IMG/VR virus record: IMGVR_UViG_3300009506_000028
Location: 1-61,527 of that record
Source of the DNA: a virus
Taxonomy: Duplodnaviria; Caudoviricetes
DNA length: 61,527 nucleotides
Strand: one strand, 5' to 3'
Part shown: piece after piece, positions 9,935 to 20,090 of the stretch
How the letters are laid out: every line of letters starts with the position of its first letter
Position numbering within the stretch: the stretch's first letter is position 1
The notes under the pieces: generated by a model
Databases searched by the model: none
What the model saw: the letters and a program-made list of their open reading frames with translations, nothing else
Told to the model about the DNA's origin: nothing
Position numbers and translations under genes: made by a program

Positions 9935-10729
9935 TTAGGATGCCGGTTCGGTCGGCGTAAAGGTGGAGATCGTGGTCGTCGCAGTGGCTACCAGGCTGGT
10001 GCTGCTGAGGTTCATGTCAGCACCGGAGGTACCGATTGACCCATCGATGCGGTAATCCTCGGCGGCGCTGTCTGCGCTACCATCATCCACCAGGGCGCTG
10101 TAGAAGCGGAACCAGCCAGCGGTCCCTGTGTTGGCATTGACACCGGACCAGGTTTGACCGGAGTCCTTGGTAATAGAGCCATTGGCGGCAACACTGAGAT
10201 CCAGACCATTGACGCTATCCACACCGCCTGACAGGTTGGAGTCGACGGTGGTGATAGTAGTAGCGCTTGAGACCACGGTCCAAGCGTTCACGTTGGCACC
10301 GGCCCCCATGGGGGCCTTGATGGTCACCGTGTCACCGGATGAGGTCGCAGTGAATCCCGCTACATTCTGACCCTTGTTGATCGCGGCTGCCACATCAGCG
10401 GCGGTCTGTGTCAGGCTGGTATTAAACGCCACGGCAGACTCAAGGAGCTCAATCTTCCCGGAGGTTGCGCCAGGCATGCCGATCAAAATGCTGTCGACGG
10501 ATCCGGAGGCACCTGCTGAAAGCTGCACGGAGCCCACCGCCTGGACCTCGTTGGTATGGGCCCCGCTGCCGACGGTGATGGTTGCCAGTAAGGTACCCGT
10601 AGCGGCTGCGTCAGCATTTGCCGGCTGAGTCCCTGAATAGATTTTAATAACCCCTCCGCGCATGGTGCGCTTGAGGGAACCTGTCGCCATTAAGGCGTTG
10701 CGTAGCGCGGTAGATAAACGTAGTGACAT
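9935..10729 (-). CDS. Structural protein (tail/fibre associated)
   Basis: 264 aa, Gly/Ser/Thr/Ala-rich; IKIYSGTQPANADAA and TGTAGWFRF..RIDGSIG are typical phage virion-protein motifs. Confidence 0.65.
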   Translation of the reverse strand: MSLRLSTALRNALMATGSLKRTMRGGVIKIYSGTQPANADAAATGTLLATITVGSGAHTNEVQAVGSVQLSAGASGSVDSILIGMPGATSGKIELLESAVAFNTSLTQTAADVAAAINKGQNVAGFTATSSGDTVTIKAPMGAGANVNAWTVVSSATTITTVDSNLSGGVDSVNGLDLSVAANGSITKDSGQTWSGVNANTGTAGWFRFYSALVDDGSADSAAEDYRIDGSIGTSGADMNLSSTSLVATATTTISTFTPTEPAS

Positions 10730-10739
10730 GTTCCTTCTC

Positions 10740-11936
10740 CTAGTCGTTGATTATCGAGACATACCGACTTGTCTGCCTGTCGTAATAGGCTGCCCCGGAA
10801 TCTAACGCGCCGCTGAACTGGTAGCGTGATCCTGTTACATTGATAAGTGTACCACCTGGCAGACCGATGACGATCCCCCCCTCAGTCGTCCATATTGGGA
10901 CATCATTGGGAAGGCCTGCGGTGTTATCGAACCCAAGCAAGTCAGGCGGGACATAAGCCAGTGTGCCGCTTATCCCTGCCGTGTTGTCACGCTCGAAGTA
11001 TCCAAGATCGGCCATATCGTCACCAGGTAACCACACGGTACGATCATCGGTTGAAACATAGACCCCATCCTCTGTTGGAGCAATAACGCGGGCACTACTG
11101 CCAAGATCAATATAGTCGCGCCTGTCGAACAGCTCCGGGCCGAAGGGTTGGGAGAAAAAGAGATATTGATCCGAGGCTACCAACATGCGGCTGCGGTAGC
11201 TGCTTACCAGGTGGCCGGCTGGTGCGGCTGTCAGGATCTCGTCACGGATAGGAATGGACAGGTTCACCCCGTCCCCGTCCATGGTGTAGGTGGTTGTAGA
11301 ATTTGAAAGGACAGCCACCAGGTAAAGCGTCTCACCGTCTCCGGGTGACATATATAGCTTTTTGGCGATCACGGTAGGGTCGCTGGATACAGCCAGGTCA
11401 GTGAAGGCGATCCCGCCCTTTTCGGACAAGGTGATCGCCTCGCGGGAAATAGCACCACCGGAGACCTGGCCATCATCACGGACAAAGACCACGTTAAATA
11501 GGTATGTCCCTGCCCGAAGTGCACCGCCTACAGCGGAGGCCTTGCCGGCAACTACTGGTGGAACAAGCCCCCAGGATCGCGGCCCGTTCTGTCCAAGCGC
11601 CAGGGCGTCCACACCGTTCGACATGTAGATCACGCCATTGTCATTGGCATAGTAGGACATGGGATCGTCAGATAGGCCAGACTCAAGTGCTTGCGTAGAA
11701 TAGTCGCTAAGTAGACGGTAAAGGACGCCATCTTTCACAAAAAGGCATCGTTCTTTCTTCGCAAATAGAGAATGCGCCCCGCTCATGGCGGCGACACTAG
11801 CATACCCGTCACGGCGTTTTAGGCGTTTTGTCTTAGTGATATCGATGTTATCACCAATCACAAGATCGCCCCGCCCCATTTCCTCCTCACTCTGGCGGTT
11901 GGTAAGTCCCCTGAATTGTCGGTAAAGGGTATCCAT
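10740..11936 (-). CDS. Tail stabilisation/nozzle-like protein
   Basis: 398-aa beta-rich ORF directly after the adaptor; N-terminal FRGL..NIDI..LKRRDGY. Confidence 0.6.
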   Translation of the reverse strand: MDTLYRQFRGLTNRQSEEEMGRGDLVIGDNIDITKTKRLKRRDGYASVAAMSGAHSLFAKKERCLFVKDGVLYRLLSDYSTQALESGLSDDPMSYYANDNGVIYMSNGVDALALGQNGPRSWGLVPPVVAGKASAVGGALRAGTYLFNVVFVRDDGQVSGGAISREAITLSEKGGIAFTDLAVSSDPTVIAKKLYMSPGDGETLYLVAVLSNSTTTYTMDGDGVNLSIPIRDEILTAAPAGHLVSSYRSRMLVASDQYLFFSQPFGPELFDRRDYIDLGSSARVIAPTEDGVYVSTDDRTVWLPGDDMADLGYFERDNTAGISGTLAYVPPDLLGFDNTAGLPNDVPIWTTEGGIVIGLPGGTLINVTGSRYQFSGALDSGAAYYDRQTSRYVSIIND

Positions 11937-12595
11937 CAGAATCGTCCATCGTCAGGATCGTAGCTCTTGCGGTGCTGCCACTCCTCATCAATAGCAGATG
12001 AGGCGGGCCCAAACTCCTCCTCAAAGAGTGAGTAGGCTGCGGCAGCCTTGGAGGTGTCCTTTATCTCATCGTCATCGATGGAGTAGGCACGGTATCGCAT
12101 CCAGTGGACCAGCTTCTCGTGGTACCTGGATTTGATCTCGGGGGTGTCCGTTACGTCATTCATGGGTGTCAGCGGTGTTCTGACTACCGTAAGGGACAGA
12201 GTGTCCACGACAAGCGGAGTCCGCCATAGACGTAGCGTGTCCGTTTCGAAGTCAGTCATGTAAGCCTCAATGGTGCCGGTAGCTGACTCCCAGTCCATCC
12301 CGGTGTCATCGAGGTCCAGGTGACTTATCTGCTGTAGGGGTCTGTTGCGGCTGGCCAGCTTGGCGCGGCGGACAAAGATGACTGACTCATGGAGAGGATA
12401 GGATGGCGTATTAGCCAGGACGTTGATCGTACAGACGGCCGCTGTAGTAGAATCGATAAGGAGGCGGGCACGACGGGCCGCCTCCTTTTCTGCTTCATTC
12501 AGATATAGGAAAAGCGCCTCATCGCTCCATTTATAGGGAGCTTCAAGGTCGTTATTCTGTATCCGGAACAGCCTGATTATGTCTCCAGCGTTCAT
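11936..12595 (-). CDS. Head-tail adaptor protein
   Basis: 219 aa; WSDEAL..YLNEAEKEAARR and PEI..RYHEKLVHW..YRAY fit a podoviral adaptor pattern. Confidence 0.7.
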   Translation of the reverse strand: MNAGDIIRLFRIQNNDLEAPYKWSDEALFLYLNEAEKEAARRARLLIDSTTAAVCTINVLANTPSYPLHESVIFVRRAKLASRNRPLQQISHLDLDDTGMDWESATGTIEAYMTDFETDTLRLWRTPLVVDTLSLTVVRTPLTPMNDVTDTPEIKSRYHEKLVHWMRYRAYSIDDDEIKDTSKAAAAYSLFEEEFGPASSAIDEEWQHRKSYDPDDGRF

Positions 12596-14147
12596 ATTGC
12601 ACCTTTATTGCCTCAAAGACCCCATCAGGATCAATGGCAGCGGCACAAATGGCCGCCCCTGTTTTCTCATGAATGGGGCATGACCCACGGCCATGATGTA
12701 GTAAGTGGCACGGGTGGCACGGCGCTATCTGACGATCAGGGGTGATAGTAGTCGTGTTCTTCCAGTCTCTTGTAAGGTTAATCTCGGATGAGTGAGACAG
12801 CAAGCAGATGGTGTGATTCTCCTCAAAGCTCACGGCGTTAAGGGTGCCGGTCTCAGGGCCAATGACCAGATCCGCATGCTTGGCCAGGGTGAGTACCTGG
12901 CGCATGGTCAGCTCACCAGACTGACAGGATACCCTCGGCTCATTTTCCCAGCCTTGCTCCAGGAGGCGACAAAAGTCATCCCCAGTCAGGATGATGTAGG
13001 CCTCTGGTAATTCAAGCATGATCCTGGCCATCACATTATCCTGGTATGGGTAGGCCTTGTGATTGCTGGATCCTGACTGTGCCCACAGGATAATGAACTT
13101 GTCCTTGATGGCTCCTATCATTTCCCCCGCCCAAAGGTTCTCCTCTGGCGTCTGGAAGAAATGCGGATCAGGATTGAATGGCACCTGTGCAAGCTCATGG
13201 GTCCACTCGAGATAATTCCGGTTAAAGTACTTGTGGCGTACCTCATGGGGCCAGCGATAAGCGGCACGATAGACAGGCGGCAGTAGTGTCCCCTCAATGG
13301 ACTCAGACAGGTTGATCCACTTGTCGTACTGCTTTGCCCAGGTCTGCCAAAACGCATCAAGCTCGGCCTCGGGGATCACCCCCTCATCCTGGATAAACCA
13401 CTCGTCAATCCGCGGATCTTCACGGAGGACGGAGTAGCCCTTTGGTGTCGTGAGGAAAGTTACCTCATAGCCCTGCTTTTTCAGCTCTGTCAGGATTGAG
13501 GAAGCCTGTATCTGATCGCCATAGCCACCATAACGGACCACACAGGCCCGCTTTTTTGTGACAGGCTCCAGGTCGACACGGACCTGCTTGCCGTCTTTAC
13601 GCTTACGCCATACCTGATAAAAACTGTACTCATTACCAAACTCACCAGGCCCAAGATCCGTATCGCGGACCTCGTTAATGAGTAGATCCCAGCCGCTCTT
13701 TTTCCCCAGCATCACCATACGGCGGATAATATCCTCCGGCCGATAGTCATGCTTATGGTCAGGGTTTGCACCCGGCTTCCCTATGTTGGGATAGAGGTCG
13801 GCATGCGGCAGATACAGAATAAGGTACCCGCCAGGTTTCAGGACTCGCCACCACTCTGCCAGGGCAGCGTGATAGTTCTGGATATGCTCCAGGAGGTGGG
13901 AGCTGAATACATAGTCCATGGTGCCATCACCAAACATGTCCAGTTTCTCGCATGTAGGGGTGCTGACATAGGGGGCTTGTGCTTGCTGGTGTCCCCAGTG
14001 GTGTCCATTGTCGACACCGATAGCGGTGGGGATTATCTTGAATGGGCCACAGCCAAGGTCAAGGCCTCTGCCTCGTAACCATCGCAGTGCCAGGTGTTTG
14101 ATCTTTGCCGATTCGTTGCCTTGTGGATCGCCTGCTCTCCAGACCAT
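12552..14147 (-). CDS. SAM methyltransferase (Methyltransf_11) fused to GT9 (ADP-heptose transferase family) glycosyltransferase
   Basis: N-terminus GLDLGCG, VFSSHLLEH, WWRVLKPGG. C-terminus VVRYGGYGD, NHKAYP, ADLVIGPETGTLNA and CHPC..C..C. Confidence 0.85.
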   Translation of the reverse strand: MVWRAGDPQGNESAKIKHLALRWLRGRGLDLGCGPFKIIPTAIGVDNGHHWGHQQAQAPYVSTPTCEKLDMFGDGTMDYVFSSHLLEHIQNYHAALAEWWRVLKPGGYLILYLPHADLYPNIGKPGANPDHKHDYRPEDIIRRMVMLGKKSGWDLLINEVRDTDLGPGEFGNEYSFYQVWRKRKDGKQVRVDLEPVTKKRACVVRYGGYGDQIQASSILTELKKQGYEVTFLTTPKGYSVLREDPRIDEWFIQDEGVIPEAELDAFWQTWAKQYDKWINLSESIEGTLLPPVYRAAYRWPHEVRHKYFNRNYLEWTHELAQVPFNPDPHFFQTPEENLWAGEMIGAIKDKFIILWAQSGSSNHKAYPYQDNVMARIMLELPEAYIILTGDDFCRLLEQGWENEPRVSCQSGELTMRQVLTLAKHADLVIGPETGTLNAVSFEENHTICLLSHSSEINLTRDWKNTTTITPDRQIAPCHPCHLLHHGRGSCPIHEKTGAAICAAAIDPDGVFEAIKVQYERWRHNQAVPDTE

Positions 14148-14177
14148 TGTAAAACCTCTCTAACGCTTTCCCGGGTT

Positions 14178-14209
14178 AAAAACAAACCGGCACCCCGGAG
14201 GATGCCGGC
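14178..14209 (-). terminator. Probable terminator
   Basis: ccggca..tgccgg hairpin with an adjacent A-rich tract. Confidence 0.45.
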
Positions 14210-14215
14210 ATAAGG

Positions 14216-14623
14216 CTACCCCGCCAGATTGGCCGCTACCTGGTCGTCATCGTCGTCCTTTGACTTCTCTGCTGGGGCTGCTTTTGGTTTCGCGGCCTTT
14301 TTCTTGGCTGTTGCCGCGGCTTCCTGCTTGGGTTCGCTTCCTGCTGCCTCGGGCTCGCTGCCACCGGCATCGGACTTCGTGTCCGTAGGAGCGTCCTTCT
14401 CCGGTTCCTTGCTTCCCGCTTCATCCTTGACGGGATCCTTGTTTGACTCAGGGTCTTTGTTCGGATCGGGATCCGGTTCAGGATCGGTTTTGGGATCGGG
14501 GAAGTCTTGGATCGACATTTCCTCAGCATCAAACAGGACGCCACCCTGCTCGTATACTGCCCCATCATTGCCGCCCCATACCTCACCAAAGGGCTCTTTG
14601 CGATTAAGACGTTTCTTCATCAC
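14216..14623 (-). CDS. Hypothetical head-module protein with low-complexity D/P/E/K tail
   Basis: 135-aa ORF with DPEPDPDP repeats. Confidence 0.65.
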   Translation of the reverse strand: MMKKRLNRKEPFGEVWGGNDGAVYEQGGVLFDAEEMSIQDFPDPKTDPEPDPDPNKDPESNKDPVKDEAGSKEPEKDAPTDTKSDAGGSEPEAAGSEPKQEAAATAKKKAAKPKAAPAEKSKDDDDDQVAANLAG

Positions 14624-14832
14624 ATACCTCGCTTGTTTTTACCGAGTCCACCCTCACGGAAGCCATCCGATTGAGTATCGCCGGTAATACCACCCATGCT
14701 GTTGGTCGCCTCCTGACCAATATCAGCGCCGTAAGTATCAGAGACACCAGTCATCACACCGCGGTCCGGCATGGGCTTGGTGTCCCCCTCTACCACTCCG
14801 TCACCTTTAGGACGGTAATTACTCTCACTCAT
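14620..14832 (-). CDS. Hypothetical protein
   Basis: 70-aa ORF with GGAGG RBS and ATGA coupling. Confidence 0.6.
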   Translation of the reverse strand: MSESNYRPKGDGVVEGDTKPMPDRGVMTGVSDTYGADIGQEATNSMGGITGDTQSDGFREGGLGKNKRGM

Positions 14833-14904
14833 GATACACCTCCACGGTGCCTGATTAAGGTAAGGGGGTGAAGATCACCCCCTGTGCCTTGAGCTGGTTA
14901 AGGT

Positions 14905-15279
14905 TTAGGTCTGAACAGCGTCGTGCTGTACCTCGTACTCATAGATGATGCGGGCCTTACCGGTCGCATCAGCCAGTGATTTAACGCTAACCTGACCCAG
15001 GGCTGCTACCTCCTGGTTAAGTAAAGCGCTTGAGGCATTACCGCCCGCTGCAGTGGTACCCAGGGTGATGCTACCCACAGAGGTAGTACCCACATAGACA
15101 TCGAAACCGTGCGCGGTAGAAGTACCGGCAGTGGTGACGACGGCATGGGCCGCCTTGAGTTTCATCTTCTGGAATGACCAAAACTTACTATACTCCGTGG
15201 TCGCAGCGCCTCCAGCTTCCTGATCGGAAAGCTCTTCACGGCGGACCTCGTGATTGGGATGATCAATTCTGCTTTTCAT
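14905..15279 (-). CDS. Putative capsid decoration protein
   Basis: 124-aa beta-rich ORF right after the major capsid gene; strong GAGG RBS. Confidence 0.55.
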   Translation of the reverse strand: MKSRIDHPNHEVRREELSDQEAGGAATTEYSKFWSFQKMKLKAAHAVVTTAGTSTAHGFDVYVGTTSVGSITLGTTAAGGNASSALLNQEVAALGQVSVKSLADATGKARIIYEYEVQHDAVQT

Positions 15280-15307
15280 CGCCTTATCCTCCTAGTTTAA
15301 GTGATGC

Positions 15308-15329
15308 GAAAGGGGAGGTTGCCCTCCCC
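15308..15329 (-). terminator. Terminator after major capsid gene
   Basis: ggggagg/cctcccc hairpin plus A-run. Confidence 0.5.
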
Positions 15330-15346
15330 AATCAGTCCGCTTGGGA

Positions 15347-16288
15347 TTAACCCAGGCTATCCCATTTCAGGATACGGGCCTGTGTTGCGTCAGTGTGGAC
15401 CAGACCAAAACCGCCCAGGTAGTACCAGGCGATACCCTTGGCTCGACCGTAGTCTCCAGGAATACGGCCACGGATCTCCTCCGGTACCGCTACCCCCTCC
15501 GCTACAGTGTCGTCACCGAAGAAGTAAGCCCAGTTACTCTTGGCATTCGCAAAGGTTTCCTTTGCGATATTGGTCTGCTCGACAAAACGGACACCCTCAT
15601 AGCGGCCAATCTCACCGGCCAGGATCATCTGGAAACCAGGCTGAACATACTGGTGGATAGACTCGAGGTCGTTCTTGAGCTGACGGAAGGTTGAAGGATG
15701 GGCGAGACCCACGTAGTCATCGCCGGAGTAACCCGGAATGTTACGCTCCTTCATGGTGTCAACGATCGCCTTAACGTGGTCTTTACCCAGGGCTACGTTA
15801 TTGGTGCCGCCCACAGTACCGGTGGTACTCAGGGTGATGGCATCAGTCGCGGTGCCTGCGGTTGGGTAAATACGCAGCGGGGTTGCATTGAATTGGGCGT
15901 TAGCCTGCAAGTCAAAGAACTTTTTGGCGTCGTTTTTGAGGACCTTGTTAATGATCTCCTTCACAGGATGCTCAGAGAGATCATCCAGTTTGCCGGCATA
16001 CGGCACACTGTTACCGCCCTCGGTGATGGTCATGGTGCCCTGGACGATCTTAAAGTTCGTCTCAGGCATGGTGTCGGTTTCCGTCAGGGTTGTACCCTGG
16101 GTAACCACGTCCTGATACACGTTCCAGTGGAAGGTATCACCCTTATTTTTACCTTGAGCGGCAGCGTCCTTGATATCTGCAAACTGACGGAACTTACAAA
16201 GCGGCTGTACCGCTGTGCGGAGTTCCTTAGACAGATTCTTGGCGCTCATGTAACCGCCCAGGGTATTAACTACCCATAGCTGTGACAT
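15347..16288 (-). CDS. Major capsid protein (N4-gp56-like family)
   Basis: 313 aa after the scaffold; KFRQFA..GKNKGDT, YVGLAHP..L..D, GEIGRYEGVRFVE, DYGR..GIAWY. Confidence 0.85.
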   Translation of the reverse strand: MSQLWVVNTLGGYMSAKNLSKELRTAVQPLCKFRQFADIKDAAAQGKNKGDTFHWNVYQDVVTQGTTLTETDTMPETNFKIVQGTMTITEGGNSVPYAGKLDDLSEHPVKEIINKVLKNDAKKFFDLQANAQFNATPLRIYPTAGTATDAITLSTTGTVGGTNNVALGKDHVKAIVDTMKERNIPGYSGDDYVGLAHPSTFRQLKNDLESIHQYVQPGFQMILAGEIGRYEGVRFVEQTNIAKETFANAKSNWAYFFGDDTVAEGVAVPEEIRGRIPGDYGRAKGIAWYYLGGFGLVHTDATQARILKWDSLG

Positions 16289-16356
16289 TGTTATTCTCCC
16301 TAAAAAACGCCTGAACTCCTTATGTCGTAAGGGTTCGAGACATTTAAACCAAAATG

Positions 16357-17580
16357 CTACCGTCGGTGTCCGGGAGGGGTTTTGGCGAGTTCGCGGTCTC
16401 TCATCATTTGCTGAATGACATCGCTCTCGGTCTCTTCCGGTTCCTCTGGTTCGCCCTCTGCTTTTGTACCTGCACTGGCAAGGTTATCCATATTGCGCTT
16501 GAGGTCCTTCTTCTCCTCGCGGGTCGTCTCTGCTGTTGGTGTAGGGGTTTCCTTCGTTGTGGTGCCGCTTTGTCGGCGTACCCAGGCTCTTGTCCGGTTA
16601 CCGGCTAATCTCAGGGCTTTATCGAGAGGCATATCAGGATCATCCTCTTGAATCTGCACCAGAAAATCATCCGCTACACGGGAGAGGTGTGGGTCGCTCG
16701 TGACATCGCTGAACCGCGCAGAAAACTCCTGCATCACGCTCTCGACCTTGAGCTGCTTGCTTACATCACTCCTTACCTGTGCTGTCAAAGCATCTAGGTC
16801 CACATCCTGGCGGGTAGCTTGTTCGCGCCCTCCTAGTAATGTCGCTAGTGCCTTCTTGCTTTCTTCCTCGTCGCCGGAATACATGGCGTCGATGAAGGAC
16901 TGGGCGGCGGCCTCGAGGTCCGAGGATGGCTGCCCTTGTTTGGTAGGGTCAAGGTCTACATCCTTGGCCCCACCAGAATCCAGTTGTTGTTCCCGCTCCT
17001 TGAGGCGCTGCTCGCGCTCATCAAGCTCACGGGCTCGATGTGCCGCCTGCTCCAGGCGTTTCGATGCGGCGCTGTCTTTCTGAAAGCCCCGCTTTACCTG
17101 GTCGATGGTTAAATATTGGATCTCTCCATCAATCTTGACCGGTATCCGGGTCTTGCTGGCCGCTTCATCGTCAAGTACATCATAGTCCAAATTTGAAAGA
17201 GGTGGTTCATCTTCCTCCTCTTCCTCCTTGGCTTTGGGGGCTGGGGTGGGCTCTTCCTCCTCCTCTTCCTCCTTGGCTTTCGGTTTTGCGGCGGGTGTCG
17301 GTGACGGCTCCTCCTCTTCTTCTTCCTGTTTTTGTGCCGGTTTTGGGGCAGGATCGGACGCCCGTTCCTCATCGATATCATCGACACCGGGCTCTTTCGG
17401 CTTTTCAATGCCGAAATCTACCCCCTCCTCCTCTTGCTGCTGGAGCATGTGGCGCGTCGCCACACTCTCAAGGGCACCAAGGCGGTCCTCAGCCACGGTT
17501 TTCAGTGGCACCTGGATCTCTTCTTCTTGCCCGCCCTCTCCTGGGGTAGGCGCGTCCGGATGGATAGCGTCTGTAGCCAT
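16357..17580 (-). CDS. Capsid scaffolding protein
   Basis: 407 aa, highly acidic, with VKIDGE and a coiled coil; lies between portal and capsid genes. Confidence 0.8.
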   Translation of the reverse strand: MATDAIHPDAPTPGEGGQEEEIQVPLKTVAEDRLGALESVATRHMLQQQEEEGVDFGIEKPKEPGVDDIDEERASDPAPKPAQKQEEEEEEPSPTPAAKPKAKEEEEEEEPTPAPKAKEEEEEDEPPLSNLDYDVLDDEAASKTRIPVKIDGEIQYLTIDQVKRGFQKDSAASKRLEQAAHRARELDEREQRLKEREQQLDSGGAKDVDLDPTKQGQPSSDLEAAAQSFIDAMYSGDEEESKKALATLLGGREQATRQDVDLDALTAQVRSDVSKQLKVESVMQEFSARFSDVTSDPHLSRVADDFLVQIQEDDPDMPLDKALRLAGNRTRAWVRRQSGTTTKETPTPTAETTREEKKDLKRNMDNLASAGTKAEGEPEEPEETESDVIQQMMRDRELAKTPPGHRR

Positions 17581-17584
17581 GTCT

Positions 17585-17899
17585 CTAGTCCTCTGTATGG
17601 TCTGAATCGATTAGTTCTTGCTGGGTATTTCTTCCGTTTTCGATCACTTCTTCGATCCAAAGCTGGAAGCGTTCAACCAGGCCGACACCATGCTGTAATT
17701 CCATGATGGCAGCCTCGAAGGACTGAGAGTCATCGTAATCACTTCGTTTTATCGTTTTGAGTTTTTCTACTGCAGCGATCGCCTCATCAGTAGCACGATC
17801 AACAAGATACCGACCAAGGTCAGTATTAAGAAACTGCTCAGCGTCAAGCCCAAGGGCTACCTCGTGGCGGAGTTTGTTGCGCTCGTCATCAGTCAGCAT
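17585..17899 (-). CDS. Hypothetical head-assembly protein
   Basis: 104-aa helical ORF between portal and scaffold. Confidence 0.65.
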   Translation of the reverse strand: MLTDDERNKLRHEVALGLDAEQFLNTDLGRYLVDRATDEAIAAVEKLKTIKRSDYDDSQSFEAAIMELQHGVGLVERFQLWIEEVIENGRNTQQELIDSDHTED

Positions 17900-20082
17900 T
17901 AATCAAACTCCTGTGTCTCGATGCCTTGATATGGGCTTTGCCCGGTACTGGGGACAGGCGGCTCCATGGGACTGGTGTTCTCGCGGGCCTGGGCATACTC
18001 ATCATGGTCAGGATCGCCCGGGCCTTGCTCGTCATGGTCGGGATCATACATCCCGTTGTTCCTGCCATAGGACTCGATAAGACCAGGTGATGAGCCAAGG
18101 CTTGGCGGTGGGAGTCTCTGCCAGCCACTTGCCTCCAGGATGTTGTCCGCGATCGGCGTAAGCTCCGGTACCGCGGCAATGTTCTCGGCGGCCTGAATGG
18201 CAGCAAAGCGTGACTCCACTCCTTTTTGCATGGTGGCGGCGTTGATACTTTGCGCCTCGGCCAGTAGCTTCTCCACTTTGGCGTCGATGATCTCCTGTGG
18301 CTCCTTGGCCTGGAGTGCCTGCTGTAGCTGTTCGACCATCTTCATCAGCTCCATGACTCGCGGATCCTCATTACCGCGGAGACTGGAGAAGAACCGCGCC
18401 CCATCCTTATAACCCAGTTTACCAAATAGCTCCTTGACCACCTCATCCAGGTCGATATCACTGGTAAGGCGCTCTCCGAGTATCTTGGTCAGTGAGCTAA
18501 GGCCGTAGATGAATTTCTCCACCTGCTGGGCTGGGTTGCTGGTACCGATGCCGACATTGGTGGTGATAAAGAAGCGTTGATCAAGGAACCCGTCGGGAAG
18601 GGTTTGGATGACACCCTCCGGTAGTCCTAGCTGTTGGTTGATCTTGATGTACCTGGAGGCGGCGGCCAGATAGTCCTCATTAGTCTCATAGGTTTTGATG
18701 AGGGCAGCAATGTGTCGGAGTGTGGGCTCAACCCAGGTGTAAGTGAAGGTGGATAACTGCAGCTCCCCCACCTGTCCGGCAGAGTTCGCCAGGAGGTTCA
18801 TGCCTCCCACCGTCTCGTTCATCTTGCGATTGGCCTGGACACTGGACCCTGAGAAGGTCCCGGCCAGGTCATCGAAGTCCAGATTAAGCCGGTCCTGCTC
18901 CTGGTATGAGGAGCTGGTGACATCGTTGGTCTCCACCACCTTCACATCCTTCTCAGGGTCGACCATGAGGGTGGAGGATCCGGGAGAGTTTCGACGTAGC
19001 GATCGCAAGTCCACCTGTCTGTTGCGCTTGACGAAATAACGCTTGTTCAGCACAAAGCGGACATTATCCAGGCGAAGGTTGGCGATATCATTGGCCTCAG
19101 ACTGCACGTCACGGGTCAGCTCTGGGATCGTGGTCGGGTAGAGTCGGTGGGGTTCGATGATGACAAAGCCGTAGGTAAACGGCCTCATACCATGATGGTA
19201 TACCTCCTTGAGCGGTACCGGGTCGGTCAGTCTGTCCTCCATCCCAAGGGTATAGAAAACCATGTCCTTCCCCTTTGGTCCGCGCATGATGAATTCATGA
19301 ACCCACACGATCTCAAAGTCAGACACATCGCCGGCTGTGTCCGTTGAGTCGGTGCGGTTCTTCTCGCGGGCCATCCGCAAGCTGTCATAGGTGTTTTTGG
19401 TGGCTGCCTTTATCTGTCCATCAGTTAGCGGCTTCCACTTGGGTTGTCCTGTCTTGGGGTTTACCTCAGCCATCCGCTCCTTCACATCCATGACATACAT
19501 GGGAATCATGCGGATAACGTAGGGGGAGGTATTAATCGGGTCGTACCACTTTGCACTCTTGGCAAAGCGGATGTTCTCAGGCGGCTGCAGGTCTACCGCT
19601 GGGCGGTCTATACCCAGCTCCTCATCATACTCCCAGTGGTTGTATGAACAGATGACCCCGACGGTCTGCGCCTCTTCATAGGCACCATTGAGGATAAGGA
19701 ACCACGGGATCCCCTCCTCCGGTACATCATTGGACAGGCGGCGTCTCATCAGGTATTTGAGCCCTTCCGCCCCCAGCTTGTTAAAGATATCGTCCTCATC
19801 GGTGGGGCGGACATTCACCGCGTCCTCGGTAGAGAAGAAGGCGGCAGCACACAGCGCGGTATTCTTGCGGATGGCGGATCGTGTCTTTGGTCGGAAGTAC
19901 TTGGAGCGTGTCCGGTAGGCCTCAGAATTGTACTTACTACCAGGCGGGTGCTTGCCCTGGTATTGAAGGATTGACCTCTCCATCTGTCTGCGGATGTTGG
20001 AATCAAAGTAGTCGGAACTGGAAGTAAAGGCAGACCGCGCCCGCTCCATCCATTGATCCTTGTTGTGATCTTCCTCGGCCAT
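17899..20082 (-). CDS. Portal protein
   Basis: 727 aa downstream of TerL; RDVQSEANDIANLRLDN and NETVGGM..L resemble podoviral portals. Confidence 0.85.
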   Translation of the reverse strand: MAEEDHNKDQWMERARSAFTSSSDYFDSNIRRQMERSILQYQGKHPPGSKYNSEAYRTRSKYFRPKTRSAIRKNTALCAAAFFSTEDAVNVRPTDEDDIFNKLGAEGLKYLMRRRLSNDVPEEGIPWFLILNGAYEEAQTVGVICSYNHWEYDEELGIDRPAVDLQPPENIRFAKSAKWYDPINTSPYVIRMIPMYVMDVKERMAEVNPKTGQPKWKPLTDGQIKAATKNTYDSLRMAREKNRTDSTDTAGDVSDFEIVWVHEFIMRGPKGKDMVFYTLGMEDRLTDPVPLKEVYHHGMRPFTYGFVIIEPHRLYPTTIPELTRDVQSEANDIANLRLDNVRFVLNKRYFVKRNRQVDLRSLRRNSPGSSTLMVDPEKDVKVVETNDVTSSSYQEQDRLNLDFDDLAGTFSGSSVQANRKMNETVGGMNLLANSAGQVGELQLSTFTYTWVEPTLRHIAALIKTYETNEDYLAAASRYIKINQQLGLPEGVIQTLPDGFLDQRFFITTNVGIGTSNPAQQVEKFIYGLSSLTKILGERLTSDIDLDEVVKELFGKLGYKDGARFFSSLRGNEDPRVMELMKMVEQLQQALQAKEPQEIIDAKVEKLLAEAQSINAATMQKGVESRFAAIQAAENIAAVPELTPIADNILEASGWQRLPPPSLGSSPGLIESYGRNNGMYDPDHDEQGPGDPDHDEYAQARENTSPMEPPVPSTGQSPYQGIETQEFD

Positions 20083-20090
20083 GGCGCTAC

